DNA of 64,000 bases from Octopus vulgaris. Taxonomy: Eukaryota. The DNA lies in NCBI GenBank assembly GCA_951406725.2, contig OX597815.1, positions 186,124,001 to 186,188,000 of the forward strand, in the 5' to 3' direction. Below, in pieces: positions 1-15,952 of this stretch (its first letter is position 1; every line of letters begins with the position of its first letter). The translations under genes were made by a program, and so were the position numbers. The notes below the pieces were generated by a model. The model was given only the letters and a program-made list of their open reading frames with translations. It searched no databases and was not told where the DNA came from.

Positions 1-101
1 GTACCTTTTTTTTATATGAAACCCTTGGTCACCTTGTTAAAACAGAAAAAAAAATTTCTATCTACCAATGTTGTGTCGAGAAATCATTCTTCGATAATAC
101 A

Positions 102-184
<83 letters not shown>

Positions 185-349
185 TACGTCTCTGTGTGTG
201 TACATGTGAGTGTGTGTGTGCATAGAAAAGTTATTATTTCTAAATCTCTGAACGAGAAACATTAAGTAACAGTACTTTCTCCCTCCCTCTCCCTCCCACT
301 CCCTCCGTATATATATATATATATACACATTCATGCACATACATCTGTC

Positions 350-380
<31 letters not shown>

Positions 381-614
381 TACGAAAACCCAAAATGGCT
401 ATATTTTTACATCGTATGATTGAGTAGGATTTTTTTCTCTTTTGACAAAGCTCTTTGCTAATGACATTAGACGTTACTATGTGCTACATCAATAATATAT
501 ATTTTGTTTTAATTGTAGCCTGCCAGTTCTAGTAAATATGCTTATAATTTATATGATGTAACCTTTCCGAATGTCATAAGGCCCCAACACTTCTGAGTTA
601 GGATTTATATTTAA

Positions 615-1011
615 CTAGCAGTATCGCCCGGCGTTCCTCGGGTTTGTAAGGGAAATAACTATATAAGCATTTTTAGAGAGTTATAGCCAAATATAGCAAA
701 AAAATGCATTAAAAATGGAAATAAAATTATGGTAATTTTTTTTTTAAATCGTTGACTCATCGTAGACGTTTTTAGAGGGTTACTTCCCTTATATAATAGC
801 GAAAAAAGGCATTAAAATGGAAAAAAATTATGGTAAATTATTTTTAAAATCGTAGACTCATCGTAGACGCGCGCTAATACCCAGAAGGGCTCGATATGAA
901 TCACGACTATAAGATACCCGGTTTTGGTTAAACTGCACCGCAAAATGTGGGAGTAGTTAGGAATCTAAATCGTAGGAGACAGACACACAACTTCTCTTTT
1001 ATATATAAAGA
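615..1011 (-). mobile_element. Non-autonomous Helitron (~397 bp)
   Basis: Minus strand starts A|TCTTTATATATAAAAG and ends CCCGAGGAACGCCGGG (hairpin)-CGATACTG-CTAG|T. This gives 5' TC, a 3' hairpin plus CTAG, an A/T insertion site and no TSD. Internal ~110-bp tandem duplication. Confidence 0.8.
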
Positions 1012-1143
1012 TATGGGTTTCAATGTAAGAAGAAATTCTGCCAAAACATGATTCCTGCTTGAAACAATTGACTTATCTTCTTTCGTCAGTTCTATAGAGA
1101 AATGTATCAGTAAACCCGATCATTATACATTTCACTTACATAA

Positions 1144-1330
1144 TCTTTTCTATTGAAGGCACAAGGCCCGAAATTACATCGACTCCAGTATGCAACTGGT
1201 ACTTAAGATATTGAGCCTGAAAGGATGAAAGGCAAAGTCGATGTCGGCGGGATTTGAACTCAGAATATAAAGATGGCTGAAATGCCGTTAAGCATCTTAC
1301 CCCAAGTGCCAACGCTGTTGTCAGCTAGCC
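1144..1330 (-). mobile_element. tRNA-derived SINE family A, degraded copy
   Basis: Matches the window's family A consensus (GAGTTCAAAT B box; GCCTTTCATCCTTTC...AAGTACCAG central domain). Confidence 0.8.
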
Positions 1331-1375
1331 AAATAATGAAATAAGAAAACTATTTCATACACACACACACACAAA

Positions 1376-1465
<90 letters not shown>

Positions 1466-1552
1466 TAAGTACGCTGTAAAAATCCTCGGAGAGAATAAAA
1501 AGTTTATTAATACAATTTGTCACTTCTAAATTTTTCCATCACCGTCATCATC

Positions 1553-2800
<1,248 letters not shown>

Positions 2801-3754
2801 ATTATTTATTGCTCCTGCACATCTGCCACAAATAAATTCTACTCTCCCTGATAACCATTTTATTCATTAAAGAAACAAATCTATTCTAAATTTTGTCTCA
2901 TTTATTCGTAATCCTCTCGAAAACACATAGGCATGGAACTAGTATTGTTTGTTTCCTGAATGCCAGTAGATTTGAAAGTCTGTATCTAAACAAAAAACAG
3001 GTCGAGAAGGTAGTTATCTATTTACTAACCTACTTTACAACCCTAACGTATTAATGTCCTTATAAAAGTTATAACGTATATATTTTATCGATCTACATAA
3101 ATCTTGTGTTGCGGAGCTATACTTTTTGTTTCCCACATCTTTGAAATTTAAGATGAGGATTTAAGTACATTTTTTTCATTTTTTTTTAGTTTGTTTTCGG
3201 CAACATGCTTTTAATGTACATGTAGTTCCTCTATGCTTTTAATCTAGATATTTTAAGCCTATTTATACTTCGTTTATTGATCTCTCTTCTGGAAAAAACA
3301 AAGTTAGTAATGACAGCAGAATATATGAGATCAAACAAGATAAATTAATCTAAAGGGAAACTTAATGGCAGCTATTTTTTTAGAATAATAAGCAAAATAT
3401 TGAAGATAAAATGTTACTTACGATTTGATATTTATCAATAATTTTTAACTCGATTGAGTTTATTGCGTACACAGGCTTTGAACGTTGAAATTATTGATCA
3501 GAACTAAAATCTGATGCAATATATGCCAAGTAGTACTGCTGCTTTAGATCTGATATACCAGGTCACTGTTAAGTTAACTTTTTTTTATTTCTAGATATGA
3601 GCATTTTTTTTCTGCAAATCGATATTCATTGAGCTTCTTTGCGAGAATTCAAACACGAGATGGTTTTTTGACGAATAGAAATATAAAAAATATATGATGT
3701 CACAATTGGTTGTATATGTTATCACATCTTAGAAGAGAATATGAAATATCCCAA

Positions 3755-4090
3755 CATGTCTTTATTTACATTATTTAAACTTGACGGTTATTTTTCCTCA
3801 TCTTGTTTGTTGTTAACATAACGCTTCGGCTGATATACTCTTCCGCCTTCATCAGTTGTCTTGAGAAAATTTCGTACCTGGGTTCTCAATCCGAAGGTAT
3901 TTTTCGATGTTATTATTATTATTATTATTGTTATTGTTGTTGTTATTATTATTTATCATCATTATTATTATTATTATTATTATTCAGGTCACTGCCTGGA
4001 ATAGAACTCGGAATCTTGGGGTTAGTAGCCCGCGCTCTTAACCACCACGCCATATGCCCGTGGGCATATGGCGTAGTGGTTAAGCAGTGA

Positions 4091-4147
<57 letters not shown>

Positions 4148-4166
4148 CAACAACAACATCGAAAAA
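3755..4166 (-). mobile_element. tRNA-headed SINE with internal (TAA)n and 3' hammerhead module, plus a head-to-head inverted partial copy
   Basis: Minus-strand head at 4059-3985 reads GGGCATATGGCGTGGTGGTTAAGAGCGCGGGCTACTAACCCCAAGATTCCGAGTTCTATTCC (A and B boxes). Then (TAA)n, then a body with a degenerate HHR at 3815-3860. An internally deleted inverted copy lies at 4062-4166. Confidence 0.75.
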
Positions 4167-4859
4167 CACATCGAAATTTCGTTTGGTAAATTAAGGTTAA
4201 GAATAAAATGTATTCAGTTGAAATAACTCCCTTAAACACACAGCTTCCATGCACCACAGCACAAATATTTCTTTATAGATTCAATATCTTTTTAAAAAGA
4301 AACGTTTCTTGTGAGAATGGGGCTATGAGTGATTAAGAAATTTGATGGAGAAAAAGGATGTGTTTGTCTTTTTTGTTTGGTAATCCTTATGTTTTTGTGA
4401 GTTTTTCTTGCTCCATAAGATTACTACAAGCATTATAGTTCTTATGAATCTCGGATACGCGAGTCAGTTTTTCGTCTTGGTTTCCGAGAATGATGTCACT
4501 TCGATTAAAACGTTACCCAGAAAATTAGTCTCATCCAAAAGACTAAAGGATTTAAAGTGCCATCCATGCTGTCCTGTCCAGGATTGATTTCCATTTACCG
4601 CACCTCACTCCCGTCATCTTTCAATCATAACTTCATCGTTGCTTACTTGTCCAAAGTTCTAATATGATTAAGACATTTTGTCTCGAGCATGAAACCAAAT
4701 GAAATACAAACCTCGATCATGAAACTGTCAAAATGGCGTCCATTTATTGATAGTTACTTTTTATGAAAAGAATACTGGACTCGTTACCATAGTTCTCTGT
4801 CGAGATTTAACTGAACAGGTGTCACATTTATATCTAAATCTATGTATATATGATTAAAT

Positions 4860-5080
4860 AATCCTTTCTACAATTACTGGCGCCACGGTTGAAACTTCGG
4901 GGTCGGAATATATAAGTGACATCTACACCAGAATCTGACTGGCACTTATGTTATCGACCTCGAAGGGCTGATAGGAAAAGTCGGCCTCGAGGGAATTTGA
5001 TCTTGGAATGTAAAGCCGGATGAAATGCCGCTAAGCATTTTGGCTGGCATGCTAACAATTCAGTCAGATCGCCGCCCTTA
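4860..5080 (-). mobile_element. SINE family A copy
   Basis: Diverged match to the family A consensus. Confidence 0.75.
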
Positions 5081-6477
5081 TTCATTAGTAAATAATGACG
5101 AGCGAATCAGTCTATACAACAAACGTTAACCTGTTTCGTAAAGATAGATTAACTGATTCCCCCTTTAACATTGATTCTAAGCCATATATGCCACATGTTC
5201 TAAACAGCTGAATGTCTTTCGAGTGTTATTCAATAAACGTTTTTAAGAGATTAATAACCATGTCTTCTGTGCTTCAGTTTGTTTTTGTTGACTTCAGAAT
5301 CAAGTTATTTATACTGCATTCTCAAACATCACAATTAAATTTGGGTCCGTTATAGTTGTGCTTATGAACAGACTGAGCTATTAACTCGAAGCTTGCAACA
5401 AGCATTCATGTAGTTAAAGAACAAATTGTATTTACATCGAATTTTGTGCATAACATCACACTAATTTACATCCTGCATTAGTTGCTAATTTAAAATATAC
5501 TGTAAAATTTCGGCAAATCTTGCCATCAATTAATATTTTCACTTCAAGCATCCTTCCTTCATCCGATATCCTACTTCATATTTACAAAACTATGTTTTCA
5601 ATGGTTTTACACTGAACTTACTTTTATTACAGAAACAAATCAAATAAATTTTATTAAACTTTTAAACCATTTCTGAACTTGATTTCAATCCACTTAATAC
5701 TGTTCGCTGAACACATACATTTTTTTTTTAATAATTTTGTATTATTGAGAAAATGTAAGTGAAATTTGTTTGAAAATATTTACTACAGAAACCGTATGTC
5801 TGCAGCAATTTAATTTCAATGGTTGAGATTTTAAATGCAATATTCTATTGTGGGTAGATGGTGCATACGTTGGAAAAATAATATCCACACGCTTAGACAT
5901 CAAACACCTAAGTGGTATACAATTATGTCTGACGGACGGGAAAGGAAAGATTTTTTTAAATAATTGTAATAAAAAACACTGGCTCAAAGAAAAATAGAAA
6001 AATTCTGAACCAAACGTTTGCGCTATACCAATATCAGATGGATATGGATCTAATCCTGCGATTCATGACGGAGTAACTAGGATTTGCCAAGAGCACGGAT
6101 ATATTCTTACAGCTGAGACTAGCACTCTTTGAAGGTCAGAAGGAAAGGCGTTCAACTAAACCTTGCGACTAAAGAGGATTAAGAGAAAAACAAAGGTACG
6201 AAAACCGAGGGCATTTCATAGGAATCCATCTTGTAACTGAGTTAGAAATACGCCGAGCAAGCAACAGCGTTTAGCGAAATGATTAAAAATTGGGTGAGAA
6301 GTTCCACTGAGGCACTAAAGCAAATGGAATAGCAATTCATGCAGGAAGAAAAGACGATGATGACTACGAGGACGGTATGCAAATTAAGGACTCCTTTATA
6401 GAGTAACTACTGCATTTGTTGAGTATAGAAACAGTTTGGCTGCTTGCTTCTCTGGAGACTGTCAGAATGATGTAAAT

Positions 6478-6520
6478 GCCTCTGATGAGAACCCAAGAAG
6501 GTCTGAAAATTGATTAAGGT
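6478..6520 (+). ncRNA. Minimal type I hammerhead-like motif
   Basis: GCCU-CUGAUGA-GAACC/GGUCU (one mismatch)-GAA-AAU.UG.AUU-A-AGGU. Stem I is GCCU/AGGU. About 70 nt upstream of (TA)n. Confidence 0.5.
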
Positions 6521-6588
6521 TGTTCATCGTTTTTTTCAGTCTGCGGAGAAATGGCTAAAATTGTCCCTGTTTATAATAATACCATGCG

Positions 6589-6753
<165 letters not shown>

Positions 6754-7335
6754 GTGTTAAAAACTTTCGGTATGCAAATTAGGGAATCCTTCATAGGTTG
6801 TCCTGAAATAAATTTAGACAATATTTCTGTTACGGAATACATTCATAAACAGAAATTGAAGGAATACTGGTGGAATATTCCCATCAAAATTTATGTAAAA
6901 TGTAAGCATAACAGGCCGGATATTGTTTTTTGGGACAGAGGGACAAATGTATGTACCATCATAGAGGTTAGCTGCCCTGCAGATATAAATATCTCTTTGA
7001 AAATCAAAGAAAATGAGGATATCTATGGACAACTGCTTCGAAACCGCTAGCTTGTATAGATAGAGTATGAATTCATATTAATACCAATAATAATTGGAGC
7101 ACTGGGTTTTGTTAGTAAATGCTGAAAGGAGAATCCGGGTAAACTGGGATTTTCAGAAAGAGAAATCGACCGGCTAATTCGCACATTACAAGGGCAATCT
7201 GTGAGTGGAACAGCAAAAATATGCAAGACTTTTCTCAAGTTCCAAATATAAATTTGTCTGTGTTAACTACGTCCCAAAGATGGAGCCTTGTATCTTTGTT
7301 GGAAGCCGGCTCCTTACTCAGTGGAAGATTTATAA
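6754..7335 (+). mobile_element. RLE-type non-LTR retrotransposon 3' end (R4/Dong-like), pseudogenised
   Basis: [50 protein letters not shown] read in one frame through in-frame stops. This is a PD-(D/E)xK restriction-like endonuclease signature. GGAGCC/GGCTCC 3' hairpin. 5' end abuts (TA)n. Confidence 0.85.
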
Positions 7336-8829
7336 TATCATTCAAACATCGAGCGTACTGACGTAAAAAAGGTGATGCAGATAACTTTTTTAACACTCGA
7401 TTTGAATACTTACAGAATATCTGCGATCATTCTAGTGGTATAACGGGGGCAGGTTTCGCTGTTCAGCTTAGATTGCTGGACAGAGTGAGGTGCATATTCA
7501 GCTGAAGAACTTCCCGATCGAAATCTTGAAAAAACCTCTTCTGGGACACACGTTTCGAAGCTCCTTTCAGACTCGAGCTAGCTACGTATTAACGTACTGG
7601 AAGTTTTGTGTCGACAAAACCCGAACGGACTTTTGACCCATCCAATATATAAGCACTCATTACAACTGAGAACTAAAAGCTGCTTTTGTCTAAGAAAATG
7701 CTTCCTAAATTTAATTCCGTCTCGACTTCAATACAAATATTTGTAATACAAAATGCTGACAATCTATCCGCCATTATTCTTTCTTAGTTCATATGTAACG
7801 CGGGTGCACTGAATAAATGAATGAAAAGTTATATATTAGCCATTTCATATAGCAATGGCTAACATACACACTAAAAGATCAACCGTTAGATTTCAATAAT
7901 TATATATATTGTAAATATTCCTTTATCTAAAAGTATGGTATCCAGCAGCCCATTATAAATTACTTTTGACAGTGGACATTTTATTCGTTCCATACGCATG
8001 TCTTTTATATGCAGAATGGACACGCGCATAAAACGTTCAACTGCCAATTGATGCAACGTAAGTTCAATGTACTGGTTCCAATTTGATTATGTACATAGCA
8101 CATCATTCTATATTGATTCACTTCACTCGGCTTTTAAGAATAAAACTACTAGTCTCTGGTAATAAAAGACTAACTCTTCTCCAAGGGATTATTGATCTAG
8201 TAAGTTCTGTTGCATTTATCGAGGACTGGCTCTAATATTCGTTCAAGATTAGATTTATACTTATCAGAACTATTTTTATATATTCTTATTGCGTTTGCAT
8301 ATTTTTTCAACTGCAGTGCATCATCACTGCAGCATTTGCGTTTTTCAGGCAGTATCCGATTCTGTCATCAGAATTTCTTTCTGCTCAAATGGTTTTCGTC
8401 TCTCTCTGACTTTTAGTGCATTATAAATTGCAATGAATGAAATTTTATGATGATGAAAGGCAATTTAATAGGTGCGGGTTATGGTATTCTGACATTCATT
8501 GTTATTATTATTATGTATTAAGAGCAATGCTGTTTCCATTCTTCAACCTGAGAGACTTTGGTGCAATGTGTTCACAATTGCTACATTTTCCGAATGATTA
8601 AGGAGTAAAGCTGAAGGATATATGTTTGTCTTTATCTCTCCCTCCCCCTCTCTCTCTTTCTCTCTCTTTGCACACATACACACATATATTTTTAGGCTAA
8701 ATCAGTGTCTCTCAAAGGGGAAGCCTATAGGACGGTCGGACAAGTTGTTTTCAGAAAATTTGGTTTAAATGTTTGACACCTCAGCACCGCCCATTGGACG
8801 GGGTCGTTTGGCTCGCATATATATATATG

Positions 8830-8862
<33 letters not shown>

Positions 8863-10523
8863 GTGAAGATAGATAAACAGGAACAGACACAGACAGATAG
8901 ACAGATGTGAAGTAGAGTCAAATAGAACATTTATTAAAATGTGACAAAATTCAAACAAAATGATTTTCTGTTAATTAATTATAGATTTTACAAAATGCAA
9001 ATTTAACCACTAAGTGTCGGAGAAGAATACACTCTATTAAATTGAACCCATTAAGAATTATTCTTATTCTTGCGAAGAATAAAGAAATTCTTCAGTAGCG
9101 ATATATAATTCGGCACACAGATAATAGTTATTTCGACCACATTCCTCACTTGTGACCATCGTATTATAGAATCCTCAGTCATATTCAGTAATATGTTCAA
9201 TAAATTATTATCGTTTTGTCTAAGAGCTGTGATGGAGAGGGCATTGAATTTCGTTCTTGTACCGTTGGTTGAATACTAAACCAGAATTGCTAAACACTTT
9301 CTGTTAATTGTTTATGAATTGATTTGAAGAAAAAAGATATAATTAACTCTGGTAATATGCTAATCAGCCCCCTTCAACACCATAGCTACACCTACCACCA
9401 TCATCTTCATCATCATCATCATTAGCAATTATAATCTTCATCACGTAAGCACCCGTATTTACCCGCTGTTCTAGATGTTAAACATTCTCATTAACTCTCT
9501 ATGTGAATCTGGGATTTCATTCTAACGCAGACATTAATCTTCATTTTGATCTTCACATTGATTTTATTAATCTTTCTTCCATATACACCTCTAGCATTCC
9601 TCTCCTCTATTGCTGTAACTGGGCAGAATATCACAGTATCTGATACATTTTTGTTACGTAGCCATGTTTTGCTATGGCGTCTTCTGTACATCTAGTTGTC
9701 CTTCTGGCAGGAAACGAAGTAAAATTGAATGACGATTTTAACGATAATAAATATTTAATGCTCTAAATTGTTATCCTTTCCCACAATCCTGACATTCATT
9801 TAATATTTTAATTGCTTCCTCTTATATTCCGTCATCTGTTGAACTTTATTAAAAACTATCTTAAATCGCTCTTCAGGTTTCACTGATACAAAAATAACTG
9901 TTAGTACTTCAGATTATATCGACGCAGATCGAAAGCATTGTAGTAAAACGAGTTGATCGATTTTTATTTCCGTTCTCTTGCTATAAAGTTGAGATATTTT
10001 CTGAATATATTCTATTTTTATTTGCCGCGCCTGGAAAAAAAATATTTTCCAAAACAGAGTACAAGTAGTATATAATTAATGGAAGATAAGGATTCTGACG
10101 GTGTTTGAAATGGCTCTTTTTGAGGAGGCAAGGAGGAAAAGAGAAAAAAAGGAAGGATGCGTATATATGTATTTATACACTGCATCAGGTGAAGTATTGA
10201 ATTACTACACATTCATTTCTAAGCAGTAATACGTATATGTGAGCTGTGTGTGTATGCGTCTGTGAGTTTGCGTGTGTGTGTTTCTGTGTATTTCTGTGTG
10301 TGTGTTTCTGTGTATTTCTGTGTGTGTGCAATGTCGACTACTTCAATTTTCATGAGTATTTACAAAATCTTTTTCTATCCACTGAAACTTTCCTTCCATA
10401 GCCATCTCACTGATCTTTATCAAAACGATATCGTTGCATATTTTTTCAACTCTAATAGATGGCCATCCATATTTGATTCAAGTGTGTGGAATCGTTTCCC
10501 TTTTAACACGCATATCTTTCCAA

Positions 10524-10599
<76 letters not shown>

Positions 10600-10601
<2 letters not shown>

Positions 10602-10810
10602 GGCACCGAGCTGGCAGAATTGTTAGCGCGCCGCACGAAATAGCGGTATTTCATCCGTCGCTACGTTCTAAGTTCAAATTCCGCTGAGATCGACTTTGCC
10701 TTTCATCCTTTCGGGGTCGTTTAAATAAGTACCAGTAACGCACTGGAGGCAAAGTAATCGACTTCATCCCTTCCCCAAAATTGGAGACCTTGTGCTTTCT
10801 GTAGAAAGGA
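10600..10810 (+). mobile_element. SINE family A copy
   Basis: GAGCTGGCAGAATTGTTAGC...AAGTTCAAATTCC...GCCTTTCATCCTTTCGGGGTCG...AAATAAGTACCAG. Confidence 0.85.
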
Positions 10811-11158
10811 TTATTACCTCCGCCTTCGCGGAGGTAATCGTATTTGTTTGCCATGGACAAGATATCTCAAGAACCGCTGGGTGGATTCGGATGAAACTTT
10901 CAGGGATGTTTGGCCTCATGACTGGCACGAACTGATTAGATTTTGGAATCGATCCATTACCGGGTAAGGATTCTTGATTACTTTTCTGTTCCTCTTACTT
11001 AATATTTGAGAGCGGTCGGGTTCGTTTTTAGTATTCTCGTTTGTGAGAGCAGTCGAATTTGTTTCAGATATTCTCATTTTAAAAATCATTCCTTGCTAAT
11101 CATTGAGAGGACGCCCGTGTTTCCTTGGCGGAGGTTTGCGCTCGCTGAGTGCTCTTGT
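10811..11158 (+). mobile_element. Helentron/Helitron2-type non-autonomous element (HINE-like)
   Basis: 5' TTATTACCTCCGCC..GCGGAGGT palindrome, 3' subterminal inverted repeat GGCGGAGGT, then a GCGCTC/GAGTGC hairpin. Partial second copy at 38941-39110. Confidence 0.7.
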
Positions 11159-11195
11159 TCTTGTTGTTGCTGTTGTTGTTGTTGTTGTTGTTGTT

Positions 11196-11278
<83 letters not shown>

Positions 11279-11296
11279 GATTATTATTATTATTCT

Positions 11297-11620
11297 ATGC
11301 TTGACTTTTGCTTTATATTTGTACAAGTTGGCTCCAAGTCTCACCCAGAGACCTCAAGAGACAACAGGTTGGAAGTTCATGTTTTTGTTATGCCTAGTGT
11401 GCCATATATTTGGGGTGGGGAGTTTTTGGTGTTGTACTAATGAATGTCTAAAAAAAAATAATTTTCTTTTTTTTTTTTAAACCGAAAATTATGTTTGTTT
11501 TAAACCTTGAGATTACATAGAAAGTATTTTGCGTAGGATATGAGCAGTTCCCATGAGCACTATCTTTTGAATTTCTACCATTTTTGGGTTTCCTGGTATC
11601 TGAGTTAGGTAGCTATCAGC
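11297..11620 (-). mobile_element. R4/Dong-like RLE LINE extreme 3' end within (TAA)n
   Basis: YLTQIPGNPKMVEIQKIVLMGTAHILRKILSM* matches the RLE C-terminal IQK..LLGTA.ILR pattern. 3' UTR follows, with (TAA)n on both sides. Confidence 0.75.
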
Positions 11621-11726
11621 ATTATTATCATCTTTATTATTATCATCATCATTATTATTATCATTATTATTATCATCATTATTATTATTATTATTACAAT
11701 CATTATTATTATCATTATTATTATTA

Positions 11727-11776
<50 letters not shown>

Positions 11777-11778
<2 letters not shown>

Positions 11779-11990
11779 GGCGGCGATCTGGCAGAATCGT
11801 TAGCACGCTGGGTGAAATGCCTCGTGACATTTTATCCCTTTTTATGTTCTGATTTCAAGTTCCGCGGAGGTCGACTTTGCCTTTCCTCCTTTCGAGGTCC
11901 ATAAAATAAATACCACTGCAACACTGGGTTCGATGTAATGGACTAGTCCCCTCCCCGAAATTACAAGGCTTTTGCCTTTAGTAGAAAGAA
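11777..11990 (+). mobile_element. SINE family A copy
   Basis: AAGGCGGCGATCTGGCAGAATCGTTAGCACG head and central domain. Confidence 0.85.
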
Positions 11991-12044
11991 ACTCATAATA
12001 ATTATGCTTGTTACTACGTTACTTAGCCCACTTGTATCACTATC

Positions 12045-12105
<61 letters not shown>

Positions 12106-12152
12106 TCGAAAAATACCTTAGAAATGAGAACCCAAGTTCGAAATTCCCCCAA

Positions 12153-12198
12153 GACACCTGATGAAGGCTGGTGGGTATATCAGCCGAAACGTTGTGTT
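12153..12198 (+). ncRNA. Minimal type I hammerhead ribozyme in a repeat (12105-12296) downstream of (AAT)n
   Basis: GACAC-CUGAUGA-A-GGCUG/CAGCC-GAAAC-GUU-GUGUU. 5-bp stem I, 5-bp stem II, and palindromic AACGUU in place of stem III. Same family as 3755-3910. Confidence 0.7.
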
Positions 12199-13070
12199 AA
12201 CAACAAACAAGATGAGGACAAATATCCGTCAAATATAAATAATGTAAATAATGTACATAATGTACAAAATTCCGTATCTCTTAAATATAGAACTGTAAAA
12301 TAAGAACTAGTTGAGCACTAAGGTAGAGACAGTCATCTTACACCCAACAACGAAATTACTGGCGTTGTGCTAAAATTTGAAACCAGTAAGCTAAGCAAAG
12401 AGAAAATCCAGTTTCTGATAGCGATGACAAAACAATGAAAATAATAAAAAATGAAACGCTTACTCAGTTTTACAATTGATGTATTTGACAGTTTACTTGA
12501 GGTGTACACTAGCGTACTAACTCATAGAAGACATTATAGGACACACGAAATAGTGCGTACGGTATTGCAAAAATAGACACGATCCTCTTTGGCTCATAAA
12601 TCTCTGTCGTGTCATTCTGAGAAACCGGAAAATTCTAGCATTATGGCAATATGTTAAATATTATATTTTGCTCGGGGCTGTTGATCAACTTTCGGCAGAA
12701 TAGGAACATCGGACTTAAAAGTACAATACTTTAAAATCAATATCACAATATATGGAATATTGGAAATACATTCATTTGAATGTGTGAAGAATCTTTTGCA
12801 GAAAAGACATTCACGTATTAGAGTGACCGGCCATATTTATGCGTCTGGAGAGAATAATATGTTATGGATGACAAAAAAGAATTTTTGGTACAACCAAGCA
12901 TGCAATAACAAATTTCATTCTAAATACACACATCACACACACTCACATATATATGTATACATATATAAACATACATATATATATATATACATATGTGAGT
13001 ACGTATATATATAAATAAATGTGTATATGTATACATATAAATATGTATACACACGTTTGTATGTATGCAC

Positions 13071-13125
<55 letters not shown>

Positions 13126-13399
13126 AATGATTCTGGAGAGGATCGGGTACTTAAATGGTATGCAACAGGTTGGGTTGTTTTATTGTTTTGAAATTATATG
13201 TATCATCTGATAAATACGTTTTTTTATTCACTATGATGTAACATACTCACTAATCAAATAGAAAAATATGTAAGAACCAGTTGTAATTAACTGTCATTTA
13301 TCCATCGTTTAAAAAAAAAATTTTCTATGCTATATATATATATATACATATGGAGCGTCAGTACAGAATGATATGAGATGCGAAATTTCTCTAGCGATG

Positions 13400-14520
13400 G
13401 ATGTTGGAATTCATTCAAAGAAGGAGTAACATTCTTTGTTTTGTTGCGAAAAAGCACCAGGATTGGTTCGATGAAAATGATAAAGAAACTGGTCTTATTT
13501 TAGAGGAGAAACAAAAGGCATTTAACATGTTGCTAAATGCTGGCTTTTCAGCAAACAGGACAACAGAATTATTAAAAAATCCTAAAGATATTGTTGGGAG
13601 ATGGAAAGTGCACTTTCATAAGTTGCTCAATAGTATTCCTTTTACCTCTATGTTGTTGATAATATGCCTGGAATAATATGCATATTGCGTATGAGGTTCT
13701 ACCAGGATTGCAATGTAGATTTAGAGGTGGTAGGAGAACTATGGTTATGATATTTTCAGCTAGACTGTGACAAAAGACTTATACCAAGTTTTTATTGATC
13801 TGATAAAAGAGTTTGATTCTGAAAATAGTTTCACTTTGGGAGATCTTGAAAAAGCTGGGCTGCGCTGAGGTACTTGAGAGAAGTGGTAGCAGAAATGTAG
13901 AATCATTCTTCAAAGTCGTTGAACGTGACGTGGATATTTGCTGAGAATGAATAGAAAAAGACTTCGTAAGCAACTCTTGCATGGTGAGCTAAGAGATCGT
14001 AAAAAGCCAGCACATAAACCCTGAATAAGTTTCAAAGAATGCCTTAAAACTGCTTTGACACAAACAAAAATTTAAGATATTGGTTGAGAGAGAGAGAAGC
14101 ACTGGACCGCGATACATGGCGGAAAAGAGTGCACAGTGGTTGCTTGAAGTTTGAAAAAGAGCGAATAAAGCATAAGAAGATCAGGGGGAACCTTAGAAAG
14201 AATGAACTAGAAGAAAATGAAAGAGTATTGATTTTTAAGTGATTTTTCGGAGAAAAATGCTTCAATCACGCAGGCCTTGTAAATTATGAGGCAGTTATCG
14301 TTGACAATAGAATATATGCGACCTGTCGAAAAGTTCGCCTTTCATTTGGAGGATCAAAAAGACTTCATACTATGTGAATGGTTCCTTCTGCCAGCCAACA
14401 CAACTGTGCATTATGCAATAAAATGTGCAAATCTTCGGCAGAGCTTAAGAGTCATATAAGCGCCTCACGTGGCATTTTCAATGACTCGTGTTAATGGTTT
14501 TAATGGTTCTTTCTAGCAAT
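13400..14520 (+). mobile_element. RTE (BovB-like) LINE relic, internally deleted
   Basis: KKHQDWFDEND, IVGRWKVHFHKLLN, EALDRDTWRKRVHSG and a terminal CALCNKMCKSSAELKSH zinc-finger-like motif. Confidence 0.7.
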
Positions 14521-14558
14521 GGGTTTGCTCGTATACGAGAAAGCAGCCAATATATCTA

Positions 14559-14916
<358 letters not shown>

Positions 14917-15102
14917 ATATGTATGTATGGGTATATATATATATATATATAGTGAGAGAGAGAGAGGGAGAGAAGAGGGAGAGAGAGAAAAAAGGGAGAT
15001 AGAGATGTGTGTATATATACATGTATACATGTCTATATATATGTATACAGATATATTGATATATGTATATGCTTATAGAAATCAATATTTATACATAAGT
15101 TT

Positions 15103-15134
<32 letters not shown>

Positions 15135-15787
15135 GTATGTATGTGTGTAAACTTATGTATAAATATTTATTTCTATATAAATATATATATATGCACATAC
15201 ATACGTGTGCACAAATGTTCACTTAGAGATTCTGGCCGTCTAATAGCGTACTTTAACAGTGAAAAAGCGTAAAAGATAAAGACAGACCGTACTATAATTA
15301 TTTTTTACTAGTATGTCTATATATTTAGTAGATGAAAGTGCAAACATTAATATAACTACCGAAGAAGCAAGAATACTAATCATAAAATAACATAATCATT
15401 TCCCTTTCTTTTTACTTTTAAAGAACTACATAAAAATCATCGAATAATATAGAATCTGAAGTGAGGACTACGTAGCAGATGATCAACTGAGAGCTCTTCA
15501 AATAAATAACGGCTGCTGTAAAAATACTGAAACCTTCTATGTACTACAGCTTTAATTTAAGGTGCCTAAAGCAAGCTAATGTTCGTATTTCGATCAATAT
15601 TATACTTTGAAACAAATATCATCCATCACGTTTTCACGCAAACATATAATTTGAATAATAAAATTACTTCCAAAAATAGATTTCCGTGTCTCGATGCACA
15701 GAACCTCAATATTTCTTACCAGAGTGGTTTAGCTATATTGTAGGTATATAAAATTTCTTTAAACTGTCTCAGCTTTAAAGCTGCGCT

Positions 15788-15808
15788 CATGCTGGGGCAT
15801 TAGTATGC

Positions 15809-15841
<33 letters not shown>

Positions 15842-15913
15842 CTATGCACTTGTATAGGATACGCACACACACAATCCCGTACATATATATGTGTGTGTAC
15901 GTGGGTGGGCGTG

Positions 15914-15952
<39 letters not shown>

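Noticed and set aside
3985-4059. Functional tRNA gene (also the other SINE heads)
   Set aside because: No complete acceptor stem, and the sequence continues into a repeat body. Treated as a SINE head.
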